Assembly: GCA_964016885.1 (NCBI GenBank)
Contig: OZ024750.1
Coordinates: forward strand, 14,260,001 to 14,324,000
Origin: Eledone cirrhosa
Taxonomy: Eukaryota
Reading direction: 5' to 3'
Length of the DNA: 64,000 nt
Part shown: positions 1 to 15,523 of the stretch, one piece after another
Position numbering within the stretch: position 1 is the first letter of the stretch
Layout: each line of letters opens with the position of its first letter
The notes under the pieces: model-generated
Database searches by the model: none
What the model saw: the letters and a program-made list of their open reading frames with translations, nothing else
What the model was told of the DNA's origin: nothing
Position numbers and translations under genes: made by a program

Positions 1-246
1 TTTATCTACAATATGACATGGCTATATTGTTAAACTAGTAATATATCATCATCATTGTGGTCATCATTATCATCATCATCACTGATGTATATATACATAT
101 ATATATATACATGTATATATATGTATACACACACACACATCATCATCATCATCGTTTAACGTCCATCTTCCTGCTATATCAAACGTTAACCTAATATATC
201 CCTTCCATATACTGTACCGATTGTGTTGTTATTTCTGTTTACCTTT

Positions 247-247
<1 letters not shown>

Positions 248-334
<87 letters not shown>

Positions 335-397
335 TGTATATATATACATATATGTATATATATATACATATATGTATATATATATATGTATATATAA

Positions 398-446
<49 letters not shown>
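248..446. repeat. (TA)n/(TACA)-interrupted microsatellite; similar tracts at 621-678, 13205-13330, 13592-13640, 13898-13937, 47360-47414, 63823-63890 (GA)n and elsewhere
   Basis: Directly visible dinucleotide runs; these are the source of the spurious YI-rich ORFs. Confidence 0.95.
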
Positions 447-449
<3 letters not shown>

Positions 450-618
450 TATATTATATTTAGAGATTAAACTCTTAGTCGTTTACAATTAATCAGCTCA
501 AAGAAAGAGGCATTTCTGAGCAGTGAAATACAAGTTATATATTAATATATATGATAAACACAAAACGTGTTACAATACAAACACGTTTTGTGTTTATCAT
601 ATATATTAATATATAACT

Positions 619-681
<63 letters not shown>

Positions 682-1076
682 TTATATATACGCGGTTAAA
701 CCTCTGGGAGTGAAGGACCCTAGCCTTTGTCCAGGCGTTCTTCTAGGAGAAGGCAACTCACAAAACTAAGATAACTCCGACATAAAACTTGCAGCTCAGT
801 AGTTACCGATGATGTTGATCTTTTCTTCTTTTAGGGTTATAGTTACTGTCGTTCAGAGAGTGGGATTGGCTCAGTGCACAGTCTTTCCTCACTTTAAAAA
901 AATCTTCATGCACAGGTATTGCACGATAGCATTAATTGATAATTACCAATAATGTTATCGTGCAATGGTCATACTCGATAACGAGGGGGTAGCCATCATA
1001 TATATATACACACACACATATATATATGGGTTTTCCTTGATCTTCATCTTTTCAATCATAATTCCTCTTCTTCTAA

Positions 1077-3487
<2,411 letters not shown>

Positions 3488-3636
3488 CTACCACTGGATA
3501 CAATTATTTAGATATTGATTAATACTGAATGCAATTAATCTTTATTGAATTAAGTTAGATTTTAATAAAGATATTTTTAAATGGATTTCGCTTTTTTTTT
3601 TTTGGTAATAAATAAGAAATTTTTTAAATGTCTTAA

Positions 3637-3817
3637 CCCTTTAGCATTTACATTACTATTATATTTTCATGGTAAAGGCTTTATTTCACAATCTACAAGA
3701 TTTTGATGATATTATTTATTTAGAGAACAATACCTTAATGTCAGTATGAGTGGTTGGTTTGAACGGAAAGAGGTGAGAGAATTCTGGCCGGATATGGCTG
3801 GTTTAAATGCTAAAGGC
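3637..3817. mobile_element. piggyBac-type MITE, copy 1
   Basis: TTAA-CCCTTTAGCATTTA ... TAAATGCTAAAGG(C)-TTAA; same internal sequence as the other four copies. Confidence 0.75.
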
Positions 3818-5013
3818 TTAAATAAATACTTTTCCAATTGAACTTATTTAAAACGACATTAATCAATTGCCTAAAATTATTTGAATTATAATGATTTTAT
3901 ATTGATTTCTAATACCAAAATGAACATGAGATTCACCATGCCATATACACTGCATATAAGCTAGAAATATGAGACAAAAATAGGTTGATGGTAAAATGGG
4001 GGCAGCTTATAATCAAGATCATCTATTTAAAATTCTATGTAAATGAGGTGAATATTACACTGGATTCACTTTGAAGGTGAAATTCCTATTGTTTTTTTTT
4101 TGTTTTAAATGAATATAGCCTTGAAAATGGTCAGAAATTGGAGTGACTCTCTGATCACTGAGATACAAACTGTATCAAGTAATGTTACCCCAAAGGCTCT
4201 TTGGAGGAACCCCATTCTGGCTGCTTGTACTTGTGATCATATTCTTTCGGTCATTACCCAAGATTCATGACCATAGGTAATTGTAAGCACAGACACTAAA
4301 CTGAAGATAGTAAGCATCTCTTTTATACCTAACTTTCTTTTTCTGATGACTTAGTGCTAAAGTTGGTCCATTACTGCACCAGCTTCAGATGACAAGGATT
4401 TTAACTCAAAACAAAGCATTTAGTCTAGTATTTTACCTGTCACAAAGCATTTAGTCTAGTATTTTAATATTTAGCTACAGCCTTAATAATGATTTCTACT
4501 ATAAGCACAAGGCCAGCAATTTTGGAGAAGGAGAAAGTCGATTAAATCAACCCCAGTGCATTACTGGTGCTTTCTTTTATCGACCCTGTAAGGATGAAAG
4601 GCAAAGTTAAACTCGGCGGGATTTGAACTCAGAACATAAAGGGTTGTAACTCTGCCATGAAGCAGGGTAAGACAAAAAAACTTATTTATATATTTTTGGG
4701 GGGTAATGTTTCAGTATTTAAACACTTCAATTATCACAGCTGTGTTTCATATATACAATTACATTCAGATTATTCTTAACTAAATAAATTTATTTGACTC
4801 CATATATGAATTTGAAAGAAAACAAAAGTTTATTGGATGTGTTATTTTTATGTACATTGAAAAATCCCACACAGCATCGAACAAAAATGTCCCTTATTGT
4901 GTGTTTTAATGAATATAAACAAAGGAAGAATCTCAAGAATCGTACTTTCAGTGCCTTTCCTGAAAGATATTGTTGAAAACCATCTTGGTTATGTCCCATT
5001 ACAGTATCTCATC

Positions 5014-8000
5014 TTACTTTTGTTTGCTCTTTAAACCCTGAAAATGGAAAACAAAAAACATATTTCAGTTTTTTTTTAAGATTTAAAAAAAATATTTGAA
5101 CTCCAAGAAATAGAAAAAAAACAAAACAATTTTGTTACTTTGTTGGCTCCAACTTCCTCATCATTTGATATAAAATGTTTGTAGTTGTTATAAATACAGC
5201 CATGACAGAGAGAGGAAACAGCATGTGTGGGCTAATGATTTTAGTGAACTTGTAAAGTCTTTGCCAACAAACTGGATAGACTTTTGTTTAATACTCTTGA
5301 ACTTTAATGACTGTTATATGAGGGTTTATACATTGACAAGATCCCAGACCGCATCCGCTTAATGAGTGGCGTGGAATTTGTCAAATTGGGCTAAAGAAAC
5401 AACGTTTTTCCATTGATGATAATATCTGCTGATCGCAACTAATAGCTAGTGAGGATTATAGTCATTTGAATTGACTAAAGCTTATTAATGATACTTATAA
5501 TAATTATTGGCAGTAATAAAAAGCAAAGTTAATCTTAGCAGGATTTCAATCCAAAACTAGATACAATAAAGCATTCTAGTGTCATGGCAAAAACTGCAAT
5601 GTCATGGTTGCCAACTGGTGGGAAAAGAGCAAAGAAGACCTGGAGATAGACCCTAAAAGATGATCTGCACAAGTGTGGCACAAACTGGTTTTAAGCACCA
5701 ACCCTTGCCAGAAAGAGAAAATAGCCCATTGTCATGAGGCTGGAGGTAGCAGATGACCAGACTGTGATGGACATCTGCATTGCAAAACAAAAAAAAACAA
5801 ACCCAAAACAACTTACCTGATAGTAACCTGTATGATAACCACTCATATACCAAGACATTAACATGCTACAGAGAGCTTCATTACTATCCATATCCCAGTC
5901 AGCCATTGGTGGAGGTGGGGGAGGTATATTTGGAACATTCTGGAAAAATAAAACAATACATTGATTTGTAAACTGATTAGGATTTGAACTCAGAGTCAGA
6001 GAGCATTCTATCCAACGCTCTAACAACTCTGCTAATTCGCCACCTCATCTATATAAAAGATGAAAACATTTATTAAGTTCTAAATTTTAGAACATAATGG
6101 AGACAGAATGGTGATAACTAAAAATGTTTGATCAACATAATCAATAACTGTTTTGTTTCATGCATAGTATTGATGAAGCTGTAATCTCAGGTTCCCATCT
6201 TATGGATTGGATGAGTCTATTATAATTGTTTCTACTTTTGGCACAAGGCCAGCAATAACCCCCAGTGTATTACTGGTATTTTATTTTATCGACCCCGTAA
6301 GGATGAAAGGCAAAGTTAACCTCGGCAAGATTTGGACACAGAACGCAAAGGGCCATAACTCTGTGCTGCAAATCATGGTGTCTGACACTCTACTGATATT
6401 GTTAATCCACCACAATAATACAGCAGTTTAGCTTTTATACAAACAGGTTGACACACGGTTGTTCTAGCTTGCTTGGAAGAGCCAGCATCCTAATATCTCT
6501 TTTCATTTCATCTTCCCAATAAGGCACAAGGCCAGCAATTTGTGGGGAAGGGGAAAGTTGATTATATCAACCATAGAACTTAACAATAACTTAATTTTAT
6601 CGACTGTGGAAGGATGAAAGGTAAAGTTGACCGTGGCGGATTTGAAATCAAAACAGAATGTTGTAACTAAATACTGCAAACTACTGTGTCCAACGCTCTA
6701 CAGATTCTGTCAATTCACCACCCCCTTCATTTCCCCCACTAATAATCCTCATTCGGCTTTGTGGTATATAGTTACGTCCCTTTACATTTCGAGTTCAAAT
6801 CCTGCTGAATAAAAATACAGAATAAATATTTAACCTACCATATGTCTGTGTGGAGAAGACATTCCAGCCCATGGTGGCGGATAGATTCCAGCAAAAGGGT
6901 TCTGAAATTAATTCAATAATATATATATAGATGTTATAACTTGTAGTTTCCTTAAGAAGGGGATGAGGAGTTGGGGAGATGGTTGTAATTAAAAGGGTTC
7001 TTAATTCTTAACATCCTGTACCACATGAAACCACATCAGCAACACATTCTTGAAAAGTACAAAGCAGCACTATGTTTGCATCACATTGAATATTAAAGTC
7101 TTTAATCTAATAATTTACATTTTCTACAATATCATCATCATCTTTTTCAATTAACAAACTACAGAAAACCACATTAACAAGACATTCTTGAAAGGTATAA
7201 AACAGGACTATGATAATATTCCATTAAACATTAAAGTCGTTTTTACACTAATAATTTAAATTTTCACAACAATCTGTCCATTAGTAAAGATACTATAAAC
7301 ATTTGGATTAATAAACTACACGAAACCACATTAACAAAACATTCTTGATGGTATAAGACAGAACTATGACTGTATCACATTAAATATTAAAATCTTTATT
7401 AATTTACATAAAGACCTGTGCATAAATAAATTTACTATAAATATATGAATAAAAAAACACATTTTAACGAACCAGACAAATAGAATTTGTCCAAGTTTGC
7501 TGTTTGCCACTCACTCCATGATTCTTAGCATGGGTTGGACAACATATATTATGTTCCCATGCTGAGAATCAAACCCAGGCAGTCTGGGCGAAAGCCAGGA
7601 ACCCCGACTCTCGTATTTTCAATAATTATTATTTCTGATTTAGGCACGAGGCCAGCAATTTGTGAAGAAGGGAAAGTTGATTATATCGACTCCAATATTT
7701 TACTGGTACTTTATTTTATCGACAGAAGGGTGAAAAGCAAAGCCGACCTCAGTATGATTTGTACTTAGAATTTTGCCAATCAACCACCCTAGAAAATAAC
7801 ATATTTTAGAGGATATGAGGTATAATTGATTTAATTGTTCCCCAGAATTTAACTGGTACTTATTTTATTGAACCCAAAATGACGAAAGGTAAAAATTTAA
7901 AAGAATGTATTGCAAATCATTTTGATTTGGTGTTTTACCAGTTCTGTCTCAGAATTGGTAAAGGGCTATAACTCAATGCCACAATGCATATTGTGCAAAA

Positions 8001-11000
8001 CTCTAATGATTCTGTCAATCCACCATCTTCATAATAGCAGTAATAATAACGGAGAAGAGAAGAGAGTAGAGGAAATACTTACAGCTCCATTTGGCATTCC
8101 TAAGAAGGGTGGCATCCACGGATGTGAACTGCTTTTCTCAGGATCTTTATTTTTAGGTGATTTGGAATTTTTACCAGACCGTCTTTTGGGGGTTTTCTGG
8201 GACTGTATTGGATCATTGCGGTAATGCTTGTTGGAATCCTCCTAAAATTATATTATAATATATGTAAATAAATTATATACCATGGGAGCACTCTTCAATG
8301 ATGGTGATGATGATAATGGTGGTAGTGATGGTGATGGTGGCAAAGATGATGAGGGTGATAGTGGTGAAGAAGATGATGATGCCAGTGATGATGTTGGTGA
8401 TGATGATGATGGTGACAATGATGATAAGTGATGATGTTGTCAATGATAATGGTGATGATGATAGTAATAGATGGTGAAAATAAGTAAAATCTACCTGAGC
8501 ATCTGAAGCGAAAGGTTTGGTCTCAGGTAAAAACAAGTCACATAACTGTTGTTGTTCTTCATTACCATAACCAGAGTAGCGGACAAAACAGGAATCGTCT
8601 TCGTAGTTCATAGATATTATTTTAGCTTCATAGATGAGATTATCTTCTGTGTACATAGCTAGGCATTCATCTCCAGCTTTCCACTGAATCACAGCAACAT
8701 ATCAATTAATTACAGAATTATTAATTGCAATGATAAACATAATTATATACTAGATCAACAGTTTTCAAAAAAAATTGGTACAATGTGGTAGAAATTTATA
8801 AAGGGCAAATGATGACAAATAAAAAAACAAAGTAATGTTTTTTCCAGTGTATTTCATCATCATCATCATCATCATCATCATTTTACGTCCGCTTTTCCCT
8901 GCTTGCAAGGGTGGGACGGGTCTTATTCAATATGATATTTCAGGGTTTTTACCCTCTTTTCAAATGTGGAGCTGAAACAGTTCAAAACAAAACGAACAAT
9001 TGATGTGTTCTTCCTTAACTAGCCTATGTCGCTGTAATATACATGTATAAAGTTGTTATAGTAACCAGTCTGCCTCGTGCATTTCCAATCTATTATTTAT
9101 CCTTTTTTGAAAATAATCGGTCTTTTATTACATATCTCACAATGCTTCATATTAACTACATTACTTTATAACTATATACAGTAGTATTGTTAATAGGAAT
9201 ATGTAATAAAAGACTGATAAGTTTCAAAAAGCCGGTACAATACAGTAGAAATATATAAAGGGCAAAAAAACCATCCCACTTATGCTAATAGAAAAAAAAT
9301 ATGATGATGATGGCTCTTCAGCAATGTCAAGAACATAATTTCTCTATTGCTGATGCCATGACCAAATGCACCCGGTACTCTCTGTAAAGTGACTGGCATT
9401 AGGAATGGTAGAAACCATGATAAAAATGGAATGTATTGAGCAAGATGTGTTCCTCCAAGCCATCTTGATTTATAACAACCTGTACAATTCATGTCAATAT
9501 GGAAAAACTGATGTAAAATTATGATGATGATGGTAAATAACAAAACCAAAACACTGTTTGCTTGGAATCAAATAATGAAAAACAATTCTTTTCAATTTTA
9601 CCTTGGATTTATTTTTCTTCTTTGATTGTTTTTTGATTTTTCTGCTTTGTTGACAATTTGTTTTCTCAATAGGTTGGCTTTGTTCAGAGTCCATTTTTTC
9701 ATCAAGTTGTGCCTGAAATAATAATTTAATCAACCATTATCTATCTAATCAGCAGTCTAGAAGTAAAACATTGAAAACAAACAAACAAAATCTGCAAAAC
9801 AAAAAATAAAACACAGCTCCAGTCTATTACAAATGCCCTAATGTACTTAACATAGCCAATCACTGCAATTGTAATGTGCAGCACCATGAAAATGTACAAG
9901 ACAAAACAGTTCCAGTCTGTTACAAATGCTATACTGTACTCAACATGGCCAATCACTGCATATTGTAATGTGCAGCACTAGGAAAGCTACAGTTTCTTTT
10001 TAATTCTTCCAATTCACTCCTGGAAATAAGTTTAGACTTTTATATGTATCAATCATTTTATTATCAACAATAAAAGGAGCCAATTCTGAGTTCGGACCAG
10101 GGAAGCAATGTTTCAATTGGTCTTTCCATTGTTGAAACTATCTGCTGGTCACAACTCCTGGCAGAAATCAACACTAACATGAAATTTTAAATTATATTTC
10201 AATTACAACTAACCCAAGCCATCATATTTTCCTTGTCTGCTATTAGCACTGACACAGTTTCCTTTTTATAGACTATCCCTGCAATCCATAACATTTAGTT
10301 ATGGATTAAGTACTTTATAAACTCTTATGGAACATTTTCAACATAGAGTCACAAAACCCATGGTCCCACTATCAGTTCCTATTTGTTGTATTGTCCACCC
10401 TGTAAGGTGGTTGTGCTGGTGTCATGATAAAAAATCACGCAGTCCACCCTGTTAGATGCATGAGCACTTAAAACCCTTAACAAAAGTATGGTACATGCTA
10501 CCAAGTCCTACTTGATTGTGAGTGATAGCTGTAGTTAGCTTTTATGAAGTGTCTGAATACAACATAATCAAATAATGTCAGGAGAATGAATAAGTTGAAA
10601 ATCTAGTTTACAGACCTTTATGTTATCAACAGCATTGTCGTAAGCTCTAATAAGTGCTGTGTCATCCCAAATATCAGAATCATCTGAATCCTACAACAGA
10701 AAATAACAGGTTTTAGACAGAATATTTCAACATAAAAACGATGGGTTAATGTAGCAAGTCAATGAGTTCTTATATATCAGATTTTGCTAGTTAAACAAGG
10801 TACACAGAACCCACCTGTCAATGAAGAACACCTATCAAATGCTACTGTCATATCAGTAGCCTTCTTTTTATCTCTCTCCCAAATTGGTGCTTAGGATATC
10901 TAATAGCATATATTTTAAAATCATCATCACCAGTTAATGTCCATTTTCCCTGCTACCAAGGATTGGATATGTCTTTACAGACCAGTCAGTGGTGCAAGAC

Positions 11001-12397
11001 TTCCAGGTAGGTGGGATCTTAACATACAACATGACACTCTACTGAGGGCATTTTATCATGGCACCAACACTAGGGAAGTTGATATGCCTTTGACACACCT
11101 GAAGAATCCTCCATACCCTTTGTTTAACAGATTTTCTACAGCTGGATGCCCATCATATCACCAACCACTTTAGATAGCGTATCGTTTATTTTAAAATCAG
11201 TCAATGCAGCTCCCATATCAATCATTAGTCATTAAGATACACAAAACCTATCACACAATTTTCTTTTCATTTACTGGTTTGGTCTGGAGGTAGGGGACAT
11301 TCACAAGACCTTTACATTGCCTAAGGATAATTGATAAGATAAGATAGAAACTGACAACAGGTGCATGCCAGTACAAATGCAGTCCCTATACCAACTAATT
11401 AAGCAAGATTTGGGTACGCAATTACTAAAAAAGAACTACATACATAAATATATCATTCCAAATATATTTCCATGTGAAACTGCATACGAAATATCAAAAG
11501 GTTTTTCTAATTTAGCATATACTGGAGTAATTTTCCGATACATATTTGGCACCAATTCTGATAGGCATACTGAAGCACGAAATGTCCACGGTTGAAAAAC
11601 TCAACAAAATGCATGCAATGGATTTTAGTGTGAGTTACATGTATTGGTGGTTTAATATTTTATCTACTGAACATGTGAAACCAACAAAATAAATGAATGG
11701 AGATATTTTAAGAAGAAACCGAAATGCATTGCAGCAATTTATTATATATTCTTTGCCTGTAAAATAAAGTACCGGACATATACTGGAGTTGGATGATCAA
11801 TTTTCCCCTTCCCATAAAATTCTACCCATATTAGAAACATCGTAACTAAAAGTAGATTAGCAGAATTGGTATTTGTTCAGGCTCTTTACATTCTTAGTTC
11901 AAATTTCACCGAGATCAATTTTGCCTGTCATTATTCTGGGGTAAACAAAATAAAGTACAAGTCATATGTTACGATCAATTTAATCGATTTTCCACTCTCT
12001 CCCATTTTCTGGCCTTGTAGCTTCGTTAGAAACAATTATTATTATTATTATAACAACACAGAAATCACTATTAAATTATGCGGGGGTGATTATAAGATAG
12101 AAAATATGATATGCCAAGTGTTGTGTGTCCTTAAATATCGCCAGAGTTTAATTTCAATATATATAAATGAAACAGCCTAGCAGATGGCAGAAATGGTTAT
12201 GCAATATAAATTAGTTAATCTTAATAAAACTTAACAGTTCTTTCGGTCCATTATTGACATCAGTTTAAAGAAATTACACGTGAGAATCACAAAGTAATAT
12301 GGAGTAAATATATAAACACAAAACATAATTATTTATACACTGGTTCTTATATTACCTGGCCTCGTTGATATACTAAATAACCATTAGTTTCAGACAT
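5014..12397 (-). CDS. SMN: Survival motor neuron protein, ~261 aa, 8 coding exons: 12356-12397, 10616-10690, 9602-9712, 8495-8683, 8083-8241, 6839-6901, 5817-5939, 5014-5037
   Basis: Gemin2-binding motif [21 protein letters not shown]; Lys-rich exon; Tudor domain [20 protein letters not shown]...YSGYGNEEQ; poly-Pro; YG box [24 protein letters not shown]. All introns are GT-AG phase 0. The start exon ([14 protein letters not shown]) and last exon are slightly less certain. Confidence 0.94.
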
Positions 12398-13171
12398 TAT
12401 TTAAATTTGAAGTAAAATTTTCCAGTTTTGAGAAGAATACTTTGAGTAACAAAGTATTCTAGTGTAGCCAAGAGACGGTGTTCAGTGTAAACATGTCTCT
12501 ATCTCATAGATTTCCACTAAGACAACAATATTAAAATATTTTAACAGCCACAAAACAGGAGGAATATATCAATTTATAGATAGATTAATATATATATTAT
12601 AGCAAATGTATCAGTTTATTTACATTTTGAGGAAAATTTCTCTTCTGCAAAACTGTAGTTGTTTACGAGTTTAAGATATCAGTGTTATGTCGTAAACAAG
12701 TCACTGAATGCAAATAAATAAGTTGAAAAATAATATGCACACACATACATACATACAATATTATATATATAAGTGTATACATACATACATACAATATTAT
12801 ATATATAAGTGTATACATATATATATATAATATTGTATGTATGTATGTATGTATACACTTATATATATAATATTGTATGTATGTATGTATACACTTATAT
12901 ATATAATATTGTATGTATGTATGTAAGTGTATACATACATACATACAATATTATATATATAAGTGCCATGCTGAGTTCAAATCCCGCCGAGGTTAACTTT
13001 GCTTTCATCTTTACGGGGTCGATAAAATAAAGTACCAGTAATACATTGCGATAAATGCTGGCCTTGTGCCAAAAGTAGAAACAATTATATATATAAGTGT
13101 TAAAATATATATTGTTAATATCGTATATATATATATATACGATATTAACAATATATAAATATTTTAACACT

Positions 13172-13238
<67 letters not shown>

Positions 13239-13267
13239 TAAAAAAAAAATATATATATATATATATA

Positions 13268-13323
<56 letters not shown>

Positions 13324-13590
13324 AAGAGACAGATAGAGAGATATTTTTTATATATATATAAATATATAAACATTTACAGAGATCTGATGTCGCTGTATTA
13401 CATACAACTCAGTAGTTCAATAGTTATTATATTCAAAGGCAGTTTTAATTTAACAACAAAGTTCCTCCGTAAAATCAGAATGTCAACAGTCCGTGTAAGG
13501 AAGTAGCTCCGCGAGTTGGAGTAGCAATGGTTAATTAAAAGTTTGACGTGTCGGACTTTAGCCCTTCTTCAGGAGTACAAAATAGAAACA

Positions 13591-13640
<50 letters not shown>

Positions 13641-13644
<4 letters not shown>

Positions 13645-13816
13645 ATGTTTAACCCCGGCGGCAGAGCTCAAGCCGTTTCGGCGGCTATTTCTGGACTAAA
13701 TTAGAATTTTTAGCGTGGTAATAAATACCTGTTTAATACCACGCTAAAAATTCTAATTTAGTCCAGAAATAGCCGCCGAAACGGCTTGAGCTCTGACGCC
13801 GGGGTTAAACATTTTC
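13641..13816. repeat. Near-perfect 80-bp inverted repeat (16-nt spacer) adjoining a (TA)n tract
   Basis: 13641-13720 is the reverse complement of 13737-13816 with one mismatch. Confidence 0.92.
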
Positions 13817-13896
13817 CTATTACCCACTCTACTACCCTATGTATTGAGTGCTCTGGTGCGTTATGGTCCATCTGGTTCCTTACCACACTTCCTTCG

Positions 13897-13944
<48 letters not shown>

Positions 13945-15202
13945 GTGAGGTTTTTTTTACAAATTGAAAAATAACCGAGGTGTCCTACACGAGTGAAAGT
14001 ATAAAGAAAAAGAGATGAAATATATGTATCCTTTGTGATACTGTTTCTATTTTTGTGCTCATGAACGACACGTCAAACTTTTTTCCTCTTTCCAATATAA
14101 AGCGTGAAACTAATAAGACTTTTTGTAGCTCTGTTTGTTGTCTCCGTGAACTATATGCACACAGACACAGACACACACACACACACAGACACAAACACAA
14201 ATATATGTGCATGAGTGTGACAAACGGATGTAGAAATATAGTCGATCGTGTTCATAATCTTACACATCCTGATTTTATCGTCACTTTCCGACTGAGTTGC
14301 AGGTCCAGATTCGTTGAAAACACGAAAACACTTGAAAAAAAAAATTCCTACGGACCCCCACCACTTCATCCCTACCCTTCTGTTTTTTTTTTGGGGGGGG
14401 GGGGGGGGGTCCGATTGCAAGTGATTTGGAAGTCAAATTAGTTGAAACCAAACGAAAAAAAAAAGAAAACGCAATTATTTATACACGGATTCTTTATATT
14501 ACCTGGCCTCCAGCGGGTGCTCTTCTATATATTTACCAGAAACATTTTCTTGTTCTGTTTTGAGAGTTAGTTTTCTACAATCTGTCACCCCTCCTCCACC
14601 ATTGGTCTTTGAATGAAACAAGAATGTCTTTTCAGCTTTTGATCTTGAAGTGAAAGCGACTGAAATATTATAGTGCATACATTTTACACTTCCCTGGGAA
14701 GAAACATGATTAGGCCCTGGCTGATCTTAATATTGGTTATCGATTTGCATAAGAGTGACAGATCAAGCTTAATACTGCAGGTGCAAAAGTATGCAAGGGG
14801 CGAGGGACAATTTACCAAGTTTTAAGAAAATATTAGTCAAGAAAATTGTCTACCGCGGGCTATAGAAGAGTAGTTTGAGAGCACTGTACTAAGAGATCCT
14901 CGTGGAAGGAAGTTGCAGTAGGGGAAGACCAAGGAAAACCTGAGCAGAAGTAGTAAGAGGTTTAGAAATGTCTACGTATTTGTCGGGGAAATAAAAATCA
15001 TGTTGGCTTTATATCAAGTGTCACAACATCCATTTTTTCATAATATGGTGTTTATAAAAGATGACTGAATACATTGAAATTCATTTGTTGAGGAGCAGAA
15101 GCGAGAAGAAAGCACTAAATTGCACGGAGAAAATTTCAAAATTTCAACCGGTAAAAGGGAAACAACTCTTTCGCTTAAATTGTTTCGCACCGCTATAACG
15201 TA

Positions 15203-15216
15203 GTTACTATGGCAAC
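15203..15216 (+). promoter_or_regulatory. RFX X-box motif GTTACTATGGCAAC upstream of SPEF1
   Basis: Matches the X-box consensus GTHNYY-AT-RRNAAC. It lies ~310 bp upstream of the ATG of a ciliary/flagellar gene, in a locally CpG-richer patch. Confidence 0.65.
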
Positions 15217-15523
15217 ATCGAAGTACAACCGGTGCTACTTCTTAAAGTAAATAATAGAATTACATGAATCTAATGATGGTCTGCAAATATTAATTTAATG
15301 TTCCATTTATATTTTAATTAACAGTTACATGAACGATAAGAATAGAAAATGAAATCCAAACACATATAATGAAATCTTACTCTATATTATCTCCCGTACA
15401 TATTTCATACAAACAGATCTGTACACAGAGAAGGTAAAAGATTTTTAGAGATTCGTCTACACACTTTTAATGAATGGAGACGTGTTATTGAAAGATTAAA
15501 GTAAAATAATTATTGGAAATACA

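Noticed and set aside
223-492. YI-rich ORFs (also 12663-13336)
   Set aside because: Translations of (TA)n microsatellites.
455-525. Possible hammerhead on the - strand next to the 44-bp foldback (ctgatta...aaacgac)
   Set aside because: The core is incomplete (no CUGANGA/GAAA, no stem II); too degenerate to call.
8273-8494. Apparent hydrophobic transmembrane tail on the SMN Tudor ORF
   Set aside because: Read-through into an intronic (ATG/GTG)n microsatellite past the donor at 8493-8494.
8630-8660. Tyr instead of Trp at the first aromatic-cage position of the SMN Tudor domain
   Set aside because: A conservative aromatic substitution also seen in other invertebrate SMN proteins; the remaining cage residues are intact.
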